From IMG/VR virus record IMGVR_UViG_3300030095_005813, positions 1 to 64,000 of that record: a stretch of 64,000 nt of DNA, one strand, 5' to 3'. This DNA comes from a virus. Taxonomy: Duplodnaviria > Caudoviricetes. A program made the position numbers and the translations under genes. Below the pieces are notes generated by a model. That model searched no databases, had not been told where the DNA came from, and saw nothing but the letters and a program-made list of their open reading frames with translations. The stretch's first letter is position 1; each line of letters begins with the position of its first letter. Positions 1-8,087 of this stretch are shown piece after piece.

Positions 1-1
1 T

Positions 2-754
2 AGAAAACTTCAAGTTAGAGGTGAAGAGTCTCAGTTGAAATTCTCAAGACAAGATTCAGGTAAGATTGACAAGAGATTGATTTCTGAGTTAGGTTTCGGA
101 AACTCAAATGTTTTCTCTCACACTCTTACTGAAAGATTCAACAAGGCTTACTTACATATCTCTGTTGATGCTTCTGGTTCTATGAGTGGGAGACCTTGGA
201 ACAAGGCAATGACATCAGCAGTTGCGATGATTAAGGCTTGTGATATGGCTGGTAACATTGATGTTGTGATGACTATCAGAACTACTCACTCTGGTTCAAG
301 AGGTTATAGAAGTGGTGGTTCAGATGTTCCAATGATGATGGTGTGTTATGATTCAAGAACTGATAAACTAATGAAAGTAAAAAGTTTGTTTTCTTCTCTT
401 AATGTTTCAGGTACTACACCAGAAGGTTTGTGTTTTGAAGCTATTGAGAAGGATTTAATTCCAGGTAACTCTAATCAAGATAGTTACTTTGTGAACTTTT
501 CAGATGGTCAACCTTACTACGGTAACTCTGATATTAATTATTGTGGTACAGAAGCTGAGAATCACACAAGAAAAATGGTAAACAATATGAGAGCTAAAGG
601 TATTAGTGTTCTGAGTTACTTCATTAGTGACTATGATGATTCAAGAGACAACGAGTCATTCACAAATATGTATGGTAAGGATGCTGAGTTTATCAACGCT
701 ACTAATATGATGCAAGTAGCTAAAACAATGAACAAAAAGTTTTTAAGTAAATAA
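2..754 (+). CDS. VWA (von Willebrand A, CobT-like) domain protein, 5' truncated by window edge
   Basis: MIDAS motif VDASGSMSG, later GTTPEG and FSDGQP; frame is open from base 2. Confidence 0.8.
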   Translation, partial: RKLQVRGEESQLKFSRQDSGKIDKRLISELGFGNSNVFSHTLTERFNKAYLHISVDASGSMSGRPWNKAMTSAVAMIKACDMAGNIDVVMTIRTTHSGSRGYRSGGSDVPMMMVCYDSRTDKLMKVKSLFSSLNVSGTTPEGLCFEAIEKDLIPGNSNQDSYFVNFSDGQPYYGNSDINYCGTEAENHTRKMVNNMRAKGISVLSYFISDYDDSRDNESFTNMYGKDAEFINATNMMQVAKTMNKKFLSK

Positions 755-765
755 AAGGAGATAAA

Positions 766-906
766 ATGGAAAACTTATTATTAACAATGGGATTTATGTT
801 TGGAGGGATATTCACTTTGATGATGTCCTTCTATTTAGGTCTTTGTTTCATTCAATGGTTAGCAGATGCTATTGATAACAAAATATGGAGGGGTCTATGG
901 GATTAA
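766..906 (+). CDS. small single-TM protein, 46 aa (MENLLLTMGFMFGG...RGLWD), not in ORF track
   Basis: AAGGAG SD before ATG 766; hydrophobic segment; stop overlaps next gene. Confidence 0.6.
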   Translation: MENLLLTMGFMFGGIFTLMMSFYLGLCFIQWLADAIDNKIWRGLWD

Positions 907-1466
907 GAATAGGATTTGATTGTGATGGTGTGTTACGAGATTTCATTCCAGATTTAATTGAAGGAATAAAAACAACCCATCCAGAGCATGCTGATAAAAT
1001 ACTCACACCCGAATCTTGGGAGTGGGAACAATGGTTACCATTTTGGACTGAAGATGAAACGGAAAAATATGTTTTCGAGGATAACTATTTAGATTTCTTT
1101 GGACCGGTTGCTAACCCTATACAAAGTTCACTTGATGATTGGACTAAAATAAGAGCGTGGGCAATTGAAAATGGTCACAAATTAATTTTAGTATCTGCTC
1201 AACGACCTCATTGCGAGGAACCAACTACTGAATGGTTACAAAGATGGGGCTTTATGTTTGATGAAATACATTATACAAAACATAAATGGTCTATTGATGT
1301 TGATGTATTGATTGATGACTCACCTGAAAAGTTAGAACAATTTGCTGCAAGGAGTGTCAACTATGGAACTGCTGTCCGTTACAGACAGACTTGGAATGAA
1401 TCCTGTCAAGATGACTATATGTGTATCGACAGGTTGTCAGATATTATGACAAAAGTATTCGGTTAA
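897..1466 (+). CDS. HAD-family 5'(3')-deoxyribonucleotidase
   Basis: DCDGVLRD motif I and LIDDSP motif; GGAGG SD favours ATG 897 over 885. Confidence 0.8.
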   Translation: MGLRIGFDCDGVLRDFIPDLIEGIKTTHPEHADKILTPESWEWEQWLPFWTEDETEKYVFEDNYLDFFGPVANPIQSSLDDWTKIRAWAIENGHKLILVSAQRPHCEEPTTEWLQRWGFMFDEIHYTKHKWSIDVDVLIDDSPEKLEQFAARSVNYGTAVRYRQTWNESCQDDYMCIDRLSDIMTKVFG

Positions 1467-1535
1467 CCACTTTAGTACGGTTTTTGTACCATATATAGTG
1501 TAGACAATTTTAAACAACTAATTAGGAGAAAAAAA

Positions 1536-1868
1536 ATGAATAGTTTACTTGATAACTTTTTTGATGATAGTTTCGCAATCAGAAAAATGAATTATATGAC
1601 TTACACGGATGATGTTAAATACAATGATGAAGGTGCTACAATAAAAATGAAAGTACCAGGCTTCAATAAAAAATCAATTGACATTTCAGTTGATTCTGAA
1701 CATCTACTTATCGAAGGTAAAACAGATGATGATTCTTTTTCAAAAAGATATGCAATAGATGGTAAGTATGATTTAGATTCAATTGACGCATCTGTTATTG
1801 ATGGTCTTTTAACTTTATCTGTTCCATATAAAGCAGAAGTTAAACCAAGAAAAATAAAAGTTAGTTAA
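1536..1868 (+). CDS. small heat-shock protein (Hsp20/alpha-crystallin)
   Basis: VPGFNKKSIDI...F.KRY...IDASVIDGLLTLSVP...PRKIKV pattern; AGGAG SD. Confidence 0.9.
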   Translation: MNSLLDNFFDDSFAIRKMNYMTYTDDVKYNDEGATIKMKVPGFNKKSIDISVDSEHLLIEGKTDDDSFSKRYAIDGKYDLDSIDASVIDGLLTLSVPYKAEVKPRKIKVS

Positions 1869-2056
1869 TGGCAATCCCTGAACTAATTGATTTTCAAAAT
1901 AAAAAGTGGCAGGTCGTCAGCAAGATTCCAGAGAATAAAGTTGACGACCACACTAAATTAAAATCAATGTATGATGCAGATTTAGTTTTAAAAAATAATC
2001 AAGGATTATTTTTCGTTTTGAATGAGGTTATAGACGCGGAGTTCGAGGACATTTAA
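1868..2056 (+). CDS. hypothetical protein
   Basis: Translationally coupled (TAATG) to Hsp20; followed by terminator. Confidence 0.7.
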   Translation: MAIPELIDFQNKKWQVVSKIPENKVDDHTKLKSMYDADLVLKNNQGLFFVLNEVIDAEFEDI

Positions 2057-2083
2057 ACAGGTTATATTATCTTCCAGCATAAT

Positions 2084-2115
2084 AAAAAAGGTTCTGTTAA
2101 TTCAGAGCCTTTTTT
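2084..2115 (+). terminator. intrinsic terminator, possibly bidirectional
   Basis: AAAAAAGGTTCTG-ttaatt-CAGAGCCTTTTTT hairpin with A-tract before and T-tract after. Confidence 0.8.
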
Positions 2116-2150
2116 ATATTTATAAATATATAACCAACTGGAGACTTCAA

Positions 2151-2309
2151 ATGACAAAAGAAAAAAGAGAAGCAATCCGATACTCAGCTTGGTTAAATCT
2201 TTTCATTGGTATTTACAATATGTATTTATACACTCAAGGTGATTGGTGGTTTAACTTGTTAGTCGGTTCACTTAACATAGGTGTATGGGTATTTTTTAGA
2301 AAAGTATAA
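2151..2309 (+). CDS. small 2-TM membrane protein, 52 aa (MTKEKREAIRYSAWLNLFIG...FFRKV), not in ORF track
   Basis: GGAG SD; ATATTTAT motif at 2116; two hydrophobic segments. Confidence 0.65.
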   Translation: MTKEKREAIRYSAWLNLFIGIYNMYLYTQGDWWFNLLVGSLNIGVWVFFRKV

Positions 2310-2322
2310 CGGAGAATAAAAA

Positions 2323-2567
2323 ATGGGAACGAGGATTTAATAACATTAATAATAGCCTTTACAATAGGTTATGTTCAAAATAATACAGGACCACAGCCTT
2401 ATCATTATCAAGATACAATAGTAGTTGTAAATAAAAAGTATCAATGCCCAAAACATTGTGCTGTCCATCATCATCACTCAGTTTTTTATGATGGTTACGG
2501 TATGACTATCGATAAAAACCAACTAGGTGAAAAAGTTAAGAAAAAAAAATCTCGAAGGAAAAAATAA
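2323..2567 (+). pseudogene. small protein gene with an apparent 1-nt frameshift just after the start
   Basis: SD plus ATG 2323 reads only MGTRI*, while the -1 frame is open 2310-2567 (EDLITLIIAFTIG...CPKHCAVHHHH...KKKKSRRKK). Confidence 0.45.
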
Positions 2568-2570
2568 AGC

Positions 2571-2600
2571 TTGACATATATATAGAAAAAGTCTTATATT
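2571..2600 (+). promoter_or_regulatory. sigma70-type promoter
   Basis: TTGACA-N18-TATATT preceded by AAAGC; same layout at 6382 and 32585. Confidence 0.75.
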
Positions 2601-2613
2601 AAAAGGATAGAAT

Positions 2614-3030
2614 ATGTCAAAGAAAAAGAAACAAGAATGGATGTCTTTTGTCGAAGATGGCCAGAAATATATGATTTGTAAAGTTTGCCAATCTGAATAT
2701 GTTAAGGCTGGTAAAACAACTACAGCAGTAACTTGTAGTATGTGTGTACAAAGAAGATGTCTTTCAAGAGTATCATTAGAAGAAATGATGCCATCATTAA
2801 AAAAGAAATCTTCAACAGGTAGACCACCAGGCTGGCATTTTATGAATGAGTTCGTTGACAAGGATGGTAATGTGTTTCACAAAGGTAAAGAACAACCTGA
2901 TTTAAAGGGAACTCTTAAACCTACTAAAGTGAAACCACCAAAGAAGAGAAAGAAATTGACAGCAGACCAAAAGTTATTTAAAAAAGCTGCTGATTGGAAA
3001 AAGAGATTAAAAGCTAAAAGAGGTAAATAG
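2614..3030 (+). CDS. basic hypothetical protein with CxxC...CxxC zinc finger
   Basis: CKVC and CSMC pairs; Lys-rich C-terminus. Confidence 0.75.
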   Translation: MSKKKKQEWMSFVEDGQKYMICKVCQSEYVKAGKTTTAVTCSMCVQRRCLSRVSLEEMMPSLKKKSSTGRPPGWHFMNEFVDKDGNVFHKGKEQPDLKGTLKPTKVKPPKKRKKLTADQKLFKKAADWKKRLKAKRGK

Positions 3031-3605
3031 TGATAATAAAAGATGAAAATAAACTAAAACAAAAATGTAAAGAAGTTACTGATTTTAAAAATGCAGAAAA
3101 AATAGCTGCAGAGCTGTTGAATGAATTATCAAATTCAAAAAATGGTATTGGTTTAGCAGCAAATCAAATAGGTTATAATGAAAGAATTTGTGTTGTTAAT
3201 GTAAAAGAACCGATGGTACTTATCAATCCTAAAATTATTGATAAGTCAAAAGAAACTTTTGTATTTGCAGAAGGTTGTCTTTCATTCCCAAATAAAAAAA
3301 TAAAAACAACAAGACACATATCCATATCAGTAGAATGTGACAATATTGATTCAACTTTATTCTTCACAGCTGATTCCAATAAACTTGAAGACGCTTTAGA
3401 ATGTGCTTGTGTACAGCATGAGATAGACCATTTAGATGGTATAACTATGTTTGATAGACAAGTTAAGGGCACTACTATTAAACGAGAAGGTAAAAAAATA
3501 GGTAGAAATGACAAAGTAACTATTACTAAAGGTTCAGAGTCAAAAGTCCTAAAGTATAAAAAAGCACAACCAATGTTGGAGGATGGATGGACATTGTCAA
3601 TTTAA
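3030..3605 (+). CDS. def: peptide deformylase with C-terminal extension
   Basis: All three PDF motifs: GIGLAANQIG, EGCLS, QHEIDHLDG. Confidence 0.95.
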   Translation: MIIKDENKLKQKCKEVTDFKNAEKIAAELLNELSNSKNGIGLAANQIGYNERICVVNVKEPMVLINPKIIDKSKETFVFAEGCLSFPNKKIKTTRHISISVECDNIDSTLFFTADSNKLEDALECACVQHEIDHLDGITMFDRQVKGTTIKREGKKIGRNDKVTITKGSESKVLKYKKAQPMLEDGWTLSI

Positions 3606-3757
3606 TAAAAGAACTAATCATACATATGATATACTTTGCTATGTTTTTTATACTAGCAACCATATTAGGGTTTACTATATTATTTATGGTTATGTGGGAT
3701 TGTTTAATATTTATAATAAAGACAACTGGAGAAAAATTATGGCGAAAGACACAATGA
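3587..3757 (+). CDS. small membrane protein, 56 aa (MDIVNLIKELIIHMIYFAMFF...LWRKTQ), not in ORF track
   Basis: GGAGG upstream; long hydrophobic stretch; fills gap between def and next gene. Confidence 0.5.
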   Translation: MDIVNLIKELIIHMIYFAMFFILATILGFTILFMVMWDCLIFIIKTTGEKLWRKTQ

Positions 3758-4059
3758 AAGAAATGTTAAAGATGATAGATGCTAAAATTGAACATATAGA
3801 AGACATTACAGCAGACAACAGAGCTATAATTGTAAAGTTAGTAAAACAGAATAATCAAATAGTTGAGTTTTTAAAACAACTTGAATTAGAAATAGTAGAT
3901 AGTTCTGAATTTATTGACCCTCCTAGAGATGAAAAATTAGCTAAACTAATGGACTTAGTAGAACAATTCAAAGAACATAATGAAGAATTTAAAAAATTTG
4001 TAGAAGAAATGGAAGAAAACAAAGATAAATTAACTCCCGGTCAATTTGGGGAATCTTAA
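3739..4059 (+). CDS. hypothetical coiled-coil protein (start corrected from 3583)
   Basis: GGAG SD before ATG 3739 (MAKDTMKEM...); heptad-like composition. Confidence 0.75.
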   Translation: MAKDTMKEMLKMIDAKIEHIEDITADNRAIIVKLVKQNNQIVEFLKQLELEIVDSSEFIDPPRDEKLAKLMDLVEQFKEHNEEFKKFVEEMEENKDKLTPGQFGES

Positions 4060-4121
4060 AAAAAACTTATGTTTTCAAAAAAAAAGTTATATTTATATAA
4101 AATGGTTATAAAAATTACAAA

Positions 4122-4275
4122 ATGAAACACTCACACTCACAAAGAATCAGCCTTTGATTCTTTAAACTTCCTGGTTAATATAATGTTATTAAGTTATCAA
4201 CTAAGAATATTTGTGGTGTTTTATGCGTAGTAAAACAAAAACAACGAGTAAGTTAATAGTTAAGGAGAAAACTAA
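4122..4275 (+). ncRNA. candidate structured 5' leader of the porin operon
   Basis: Long UTR with complementary segments 4122-30/4216-24, 4138-43/4210-15, hairpin 4141-4163 and alternative hairpin 4218-4236. Confidence 0.4.
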
Positions 4276-5130
4276 ATGAAGAACCTAAGTATGAAGACTC
4301 TAATCATCTACTCAATCGCTTTTTTGGGATTGTTTGGTATTGTTAGAGCTGAAGAAGTAGTTACAGAGACTACACAACCTGTCGTGTCTGTGACTGGTGA
4401 ATTTAGCACGGACATAACCTTTGGTGACGCTACTACATTTACAAGTCCATATACTGGATTAGTATTAAGTAGTGACGGATGGGTTTTAAGTACAAATCTA
4501 TCGGATGGTATGGTTCATATCGAAGAAGCGAAGTATTCGTGGAATGTCGTAGACGGTGTGACTTTAACATTTGGTAGTCAAGCAGAACCATATGGATTAG
4601 CATGGGGCTTACATAGACCATCTAACAACTGGTTTGTTTCAAATCCAAGAGACCATAGTATTACTAATGGTGTAGGAATCGGATTGAACAAATGGGGTGT
4701 TGGTGCTGATTTATTTTGGGGAGGAGATTCAATGGATGAAGAAATGGAATCAGAACTTTATTGGGCTGGTAGATTTTCTTATGGATTGAATTTGCTTGGA
4801 ATAGATTCCAAATTCGGACTATCATTAAATAGTAACGAAGCTCAACTTGTAGATGTAAGTTTAGGCAATAACCTATTCACTACATCTCTTGAGTATGATT
4901 TGTCAGAAGAGGCAGATGGTGCATATTGGCTTAGAGGAGTGGTAACACCACCTCAAGCTCAAGGTGCATTTCTACTAATCGGGTTAAACTCCGATGATGT
5001 TGTGACATATGGAGTTGGGTATAAGTGCTCAGATAATATGAAAGTTATATCTGAGTTTACATCTGGAACGGATTCAGATGGAAATGACATAGATAATGAC
5101 TTTGCTATCAGAGCAAGTTATTCATTCTAA
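4276..5130 (+). CDS. porin-like outer-membrane beta-barrel protein
   Basis: Sec signal peptide (...GIVRA|EE), amphipathic beta strands, C-terminal beta-signal RASYSF. Confidence 0.75.
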   Translation: MKNLSMKTLIIYSIAFLGLFGIVRAEEVVTETTQPVVSVTGEFSTDITFGDATTFTSPYTGLVLSSDGWVLSTNLSDGMVHIEEAKYSWNVVDGVTLTFGSQAEPYGLAWGLHRPSNNWFVSNPRDHSITNGVGIGLNKWGVGADLFWGGDSMDEEMESELYWAGRFSYGLNLLGIDSKFGLSLNSNEAQLVDVSLGNNLFTTSLEYDLSEEADGAYWLRGVVTPPQAQGAFLLIGLNSDDVVTYGVGYKCSDNMKVISEFTSGTDSDGNDIDNDFAIRASYSF

Positions 5131-5159
5131 ATAAACAATAAACAACGGAGGACTTAACA

Positions 5160-5390
5160 ATGAATGTTAAATCAATTTTCGGAACAATAGGTGATACACT
5201 AACAGGTTTATTCGGTATTCTAACAGGTCTTGTAGGCGTAGGTATTATGTCTCAAGTAGTGTTTGGTACTGGATGGATGGGTATTGATGTAGTTGGAAAT
5301 ATTTCTAACTTAGTAAATACTTTTCTAACTGGTGGTGTAACTGGATTACTAACTTTGATTGTTCTATTTTCATTAATAGACACTAAGTAA
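5160..5390 (+). CDS. small Gly-rich 2-TM membrane protein
   Basis: GGAGG SD; hydrophobic helices with GxxG/GxxxG patterns; shares terminator with porin gene. Confidence 0.8.
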   Translation: MNVKSIFGTIGDTLTGLFGILTGLVGVGIMSQVVFGTGWMGIDVVGNISNLVNTFLTGGVTGLLTLIVLFSLIDTK

Positions 5391-5410
5391 GTGATTTAAA
5401 TCACAATCTA

Positions 5411-5441
5411 AATGGGGTTGCTTCGGTGGCCCCATTTTTTT
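5411..5441 (+). terminator. intrinsic terminator with cUUCGg tetraloop
   Basis: ATGGGGTTGC-TTCG-GTGGCCCCAT followed by T-tract. Confidence 0.9.
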
Positions 5442-5518
5442 AAAATTTATTTTGTAGGAATTAGAAATATATACTATATTTATAGTTAAACCGACTAAGT
5501 AATATAGGAGAAGTTATT

Positions 5519-6376
5519 ATGTCAAAATCAGCAAGTTCTCGTAAAAAGGTTTCACTCCACGAATTAAATAACCATGCAATAAGTAATAAAAGACAAGCAT
5601 TAAAAGATTTGAAAATGTTAAATTTCGATGAAATTCAATTCAAAAATCCAGCACAAAAAAGATTCTATAAAACTATATCTACAAAAGATATAACATTTGG
5701 AATCGGACCTGCAGGATGTGGTAAAACTTTTCTATCTACACATAGAGCACTAAGAGAGTTAGGTGATAAAGAATCATCAATAGATGGTATCATTATCGTT
5801 AAACCTCTGGTAGAAGCAGCAGGTGAAAAGATAGGATTCTTACCTGGTGATGTAGAAGAAAAAACAGCACCATTTATGATGTCTTTTTATTACAATATGG
5901 AACAAATAATCGGTAAGCAAAGATTACAGATATTAAAAGAAAGTAATACAATTCAAGTCATACCAATGGCTTATATGAGAGGTATTACATTGGCTAATAA
6001 GTTTGTAATTTTAGATGAAGCACAGAACGCTACACCTGAACAAATCAAGATGTTTGTAACACGAATGGGTGAGAATAGTAAATATATAATCACTGGTGAT
6101 TTAGAACAATCTGATATTCAGAAACACAAAAGTGGATTAGAAGATGCAATCAAAAGATTCGCTGGTATTCACGGTGTTGGACTAGCATCATTTAAAGAAA
6201 GAGATGTTGTAAGAAGTTCGATAGTTAGACGATTGTTAAAAAGATACAAACCTAACTTTAATATTATTGATGAAGTATCAGCTGAAGATACAATATCTAT
6301 GTGGATACACGAAAACGGACTGGATAGCCCAGCAGATGGTTCACTGGATGATTATCAATATCAATTAAAAAAATAA
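5519..6376 (+). CDS. phoH: PhoH-family ATPase
   Basis: GPAGCGKT Walker A, GEKIGFLPG, YMRGITL, LDEAQN, ITGDLEQSD. Confidence 0.95.
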   Translation: MSKSASSRKKVSLHELNNHAISNKRQALKDLKMLNFDEIQFKNPAQKRFYKTISTKDITFGIGPAGCGKTFLSTHRALRELGDKESSIDGIIIVKPLVEAAGEKIGFLPGDVEEKTAPFMMSFYYNMEQIIGKQRLQILKESNTIQVIPMAYMRGITLANKFVILDEAQNATPEQIKMFVTRMGENSKYIITGDLEQSDIQKHKSGLEDAIKRFAGIHGVGLASFKERDVVRSSIVRRLLKRYKPNFNIIDEVSAEDTISMWIHENGLDSPADGSLDDYQYQLKK

Positions 6377-6381
6377 AAAGC

Positions 6382-6411
6382 TTGACTTATATAGGTAAAG
6401 TTCCGTATATT
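6382..6411 (+). promoter_or_regulatory. sigma70-type promoter
   Basis: AAAGC-TTGACT-N18-TATATT. Confidence 0.75.
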
Positions 6412-6439
6412 GTAACAATATAAAATTAGGAGAAACACT

Positions 6440-6655
6440 ATGAAGTGTATGATGAGTGTGGATGGTTCAAACATTGTTAGAGTATCTGATGATAAAGCAA
6501 GTGAATTATATCACGAAGGTTTTAGATATGTATCTAAATCTGTATGGAAAGAAAAAGTTCGTGATGTAGAAACAAAGCTTGAAATAGAATCTGATAATAA
6601 AAAATCTAATAAATTATCTAAGGCACAAAAAAGACATTTGAGAAAATCTAATTAG
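6440..6655 (+). CDS. hypothetical protein
   Basis: AGGAG SD; directly downstream of promoter. Confidence 0.7.
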   Translation: MKCMMSVDGSNIVRVSDDKASELYHEGFRYVSKSVWKEKVRDVETKLEIESDNKKSNKLSKAQKRHLRKSN

Positions 6656-6657
6656 TA

Positions 6658-6999
6658 ATGAATAAAGAAATTATTTACACTATATTGATATTTTTTTTCA
6701 ATAATATAATAATATGGTTTCAATTAAATGGTCAATTATTTTCAAATACTTGGAAGGGTAATTCTGGATTAATTATAACTTTAATATTAGGCATCCCAAT
6801 AACTTATCTGTTTTGGTTAGCTACAAAATTAGGTTATCAAGGATTCGGTAATTTATGGGCAGTCAGATTTCTTGGATTCGCTACAAGTATGATTACATTT
6901 CCATTCTTAACATATTTTTTTCTTGGTGAACCAATGGGATTAAAAACAATTATAACTTTAGGATTAGCAGTTATTATAATGTTATTACAATTACTATAA
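6658..6999 (+). CDS. small 4-TM membrane protein, DMT/EamA/SMR-like
   Basis: Four hydrophobic helices; FFLGEPM...IITLGL pattern typical of DMT proteins. Confidence 0.6.
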   Translation: MNKEIIYTILIFFFNNIIIWFQLNGQLFSNTWKGNSGLIITLILGIPITYLFWLATKLGYQGFGNLWAVRFLGFATSMITFPFLTYFFLGEPMGLKTIITLGLAVIIMLLQLL

Positions 7000-7000
7000 T

Positions 7001-7045
7001 AATATATAATAATATAATATATAATAATATAATATATAATAATAT
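7001..7045. repeat. pure A/T tandem repeat, 3 x AATATATAATAATAT
   Basis: Exact 15-bp units at 7001, 7016 and 7031 with degenerate flanks. Confidence 0.85.
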
Positions 7046-7076
7046 AATAACTATATAATAATTAATAGGAGATTAA

Positions 7077-7823
7077 ATGAAAAAATTAAATGAAACACAA
7101 CTTAAAGAAAATTGGGATAAACTAATAAACTTAGTTTCTGAAACATTTTCTGGAGAGAGAAAAGATAAATTAGTAAATATGTACAACCACTTTGAAGATA
7201 GAATGATGTTTACTCCAGGGTCGGGGACAGCACATTTTCATAATTGTTTCATTGGAGGGTATGTTGAGCATGTTTTACATATCACAAAAATAGCTAGAAA
7301 ACTATTTGTTGATTATAAAGAATTAGGGGCTCATATAGATTACACAGAAGAAGAAGTTATATTTGCAGCTTTACATCACGACTTAGGTAAAGTTGGTGAT
7401 TTAGAAAATGATTACTATGTACCGAACGATTCAAAATGGCACATTGAAAATCAGGGTAAATATTACAAGAGGGGTAAAGATTTAAATTTTATGACCGTTA
7501 CTGATAGAGCAATATATTTGTTAAATCATTTCGGTATTTCAATGTCAGAGAACGAATATATAGCGTTAAGATTAACAGATGGCATGTATGAAGAAGCTAA
7601 CAAAACATATTTGATGCAATATTTAGATGAGAATAAAGTTAAATCTAATTTACCAATTCTTCTTCATCAAGCTGATATGTTAGCTTCAAGAATTGAATAT
7701 GAGAATTGGAAACATCAAAATGATAATGATGTAAAACCAGAACCAATCAAACAGGTTAATAAACAAGAACAAAAGAAGGTAGACGGCATGAAAAAAGCAT
7801 TTGACGAGCTGTTTAGTAAATAA
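7077..7823 (+). CDS. HD-domain phosphohydrolase (YhaM-like)
   Basis: H...GGYVEH, ALHHDLGKVG, LHQADMLAS. Confidence 0.85.
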   Translation: MKKLNETQLKENWDKLINLVSETFSGERKDKLVNMYNHFEDRMMFTPGSGTAHFHNCFIGGYVEHVLHITKIARKLFVDYKELGAHIDYTEEEVIFAALHHDLGKVGDLENDYYVPNDSKWHIENQGKYYKRGKDLNFMTVTDRAIYLLNHFGISMSENEYIALRLTDGMYEEANKTYLMQYLDENKVKSNLPILLHQADMLASRIEYENWKHQNDNDVKPEPIKQVNKQEQKKVDGMKKAFDELFSK

Positions 7824-7826
7824 GAT

Positions 7827-8087
7827 ATGATAATAGAAATAATACTTACAATAATAATAATTACTTTAGGCATAACATTGTTTTATGCTCTCAGAAGAAT
7901 AAATCAATACGAAGACATAATAGTAGATTTCCAAAACATTATAAGATTCGCATCAGAAAAAATGAAACAAGTTGATTCTGCTGGCCATTATGAATCTGAT
8001 GACGAGACGGGATTCTTTTTTGAAGAGATAAAAAAATTACAGATTTTATTAGATAGTTTATTTGAAACAGAACAGGAGAAAAAATAA
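7827..8087 (+). CDS. membrane-anchored hypothetical protein
   Basis: N-terminal TM helix; coupled to next gene. Confidence 0.7.
   Translation: MIIEIILTIIIITLGITLFYALRRINQYEDIIVDFQNIIRFASEKMKQVDSAGHYESDDETGFFFEEIKKLQILLDSLFETEQEKK

Noticed and set aside
3583-3738. N-terminal extension of ORF 3583..4059
   Set aside because: A better SD and start exist at 3739, and the region is better explained by a separate ORF 3587..3757 in another frame
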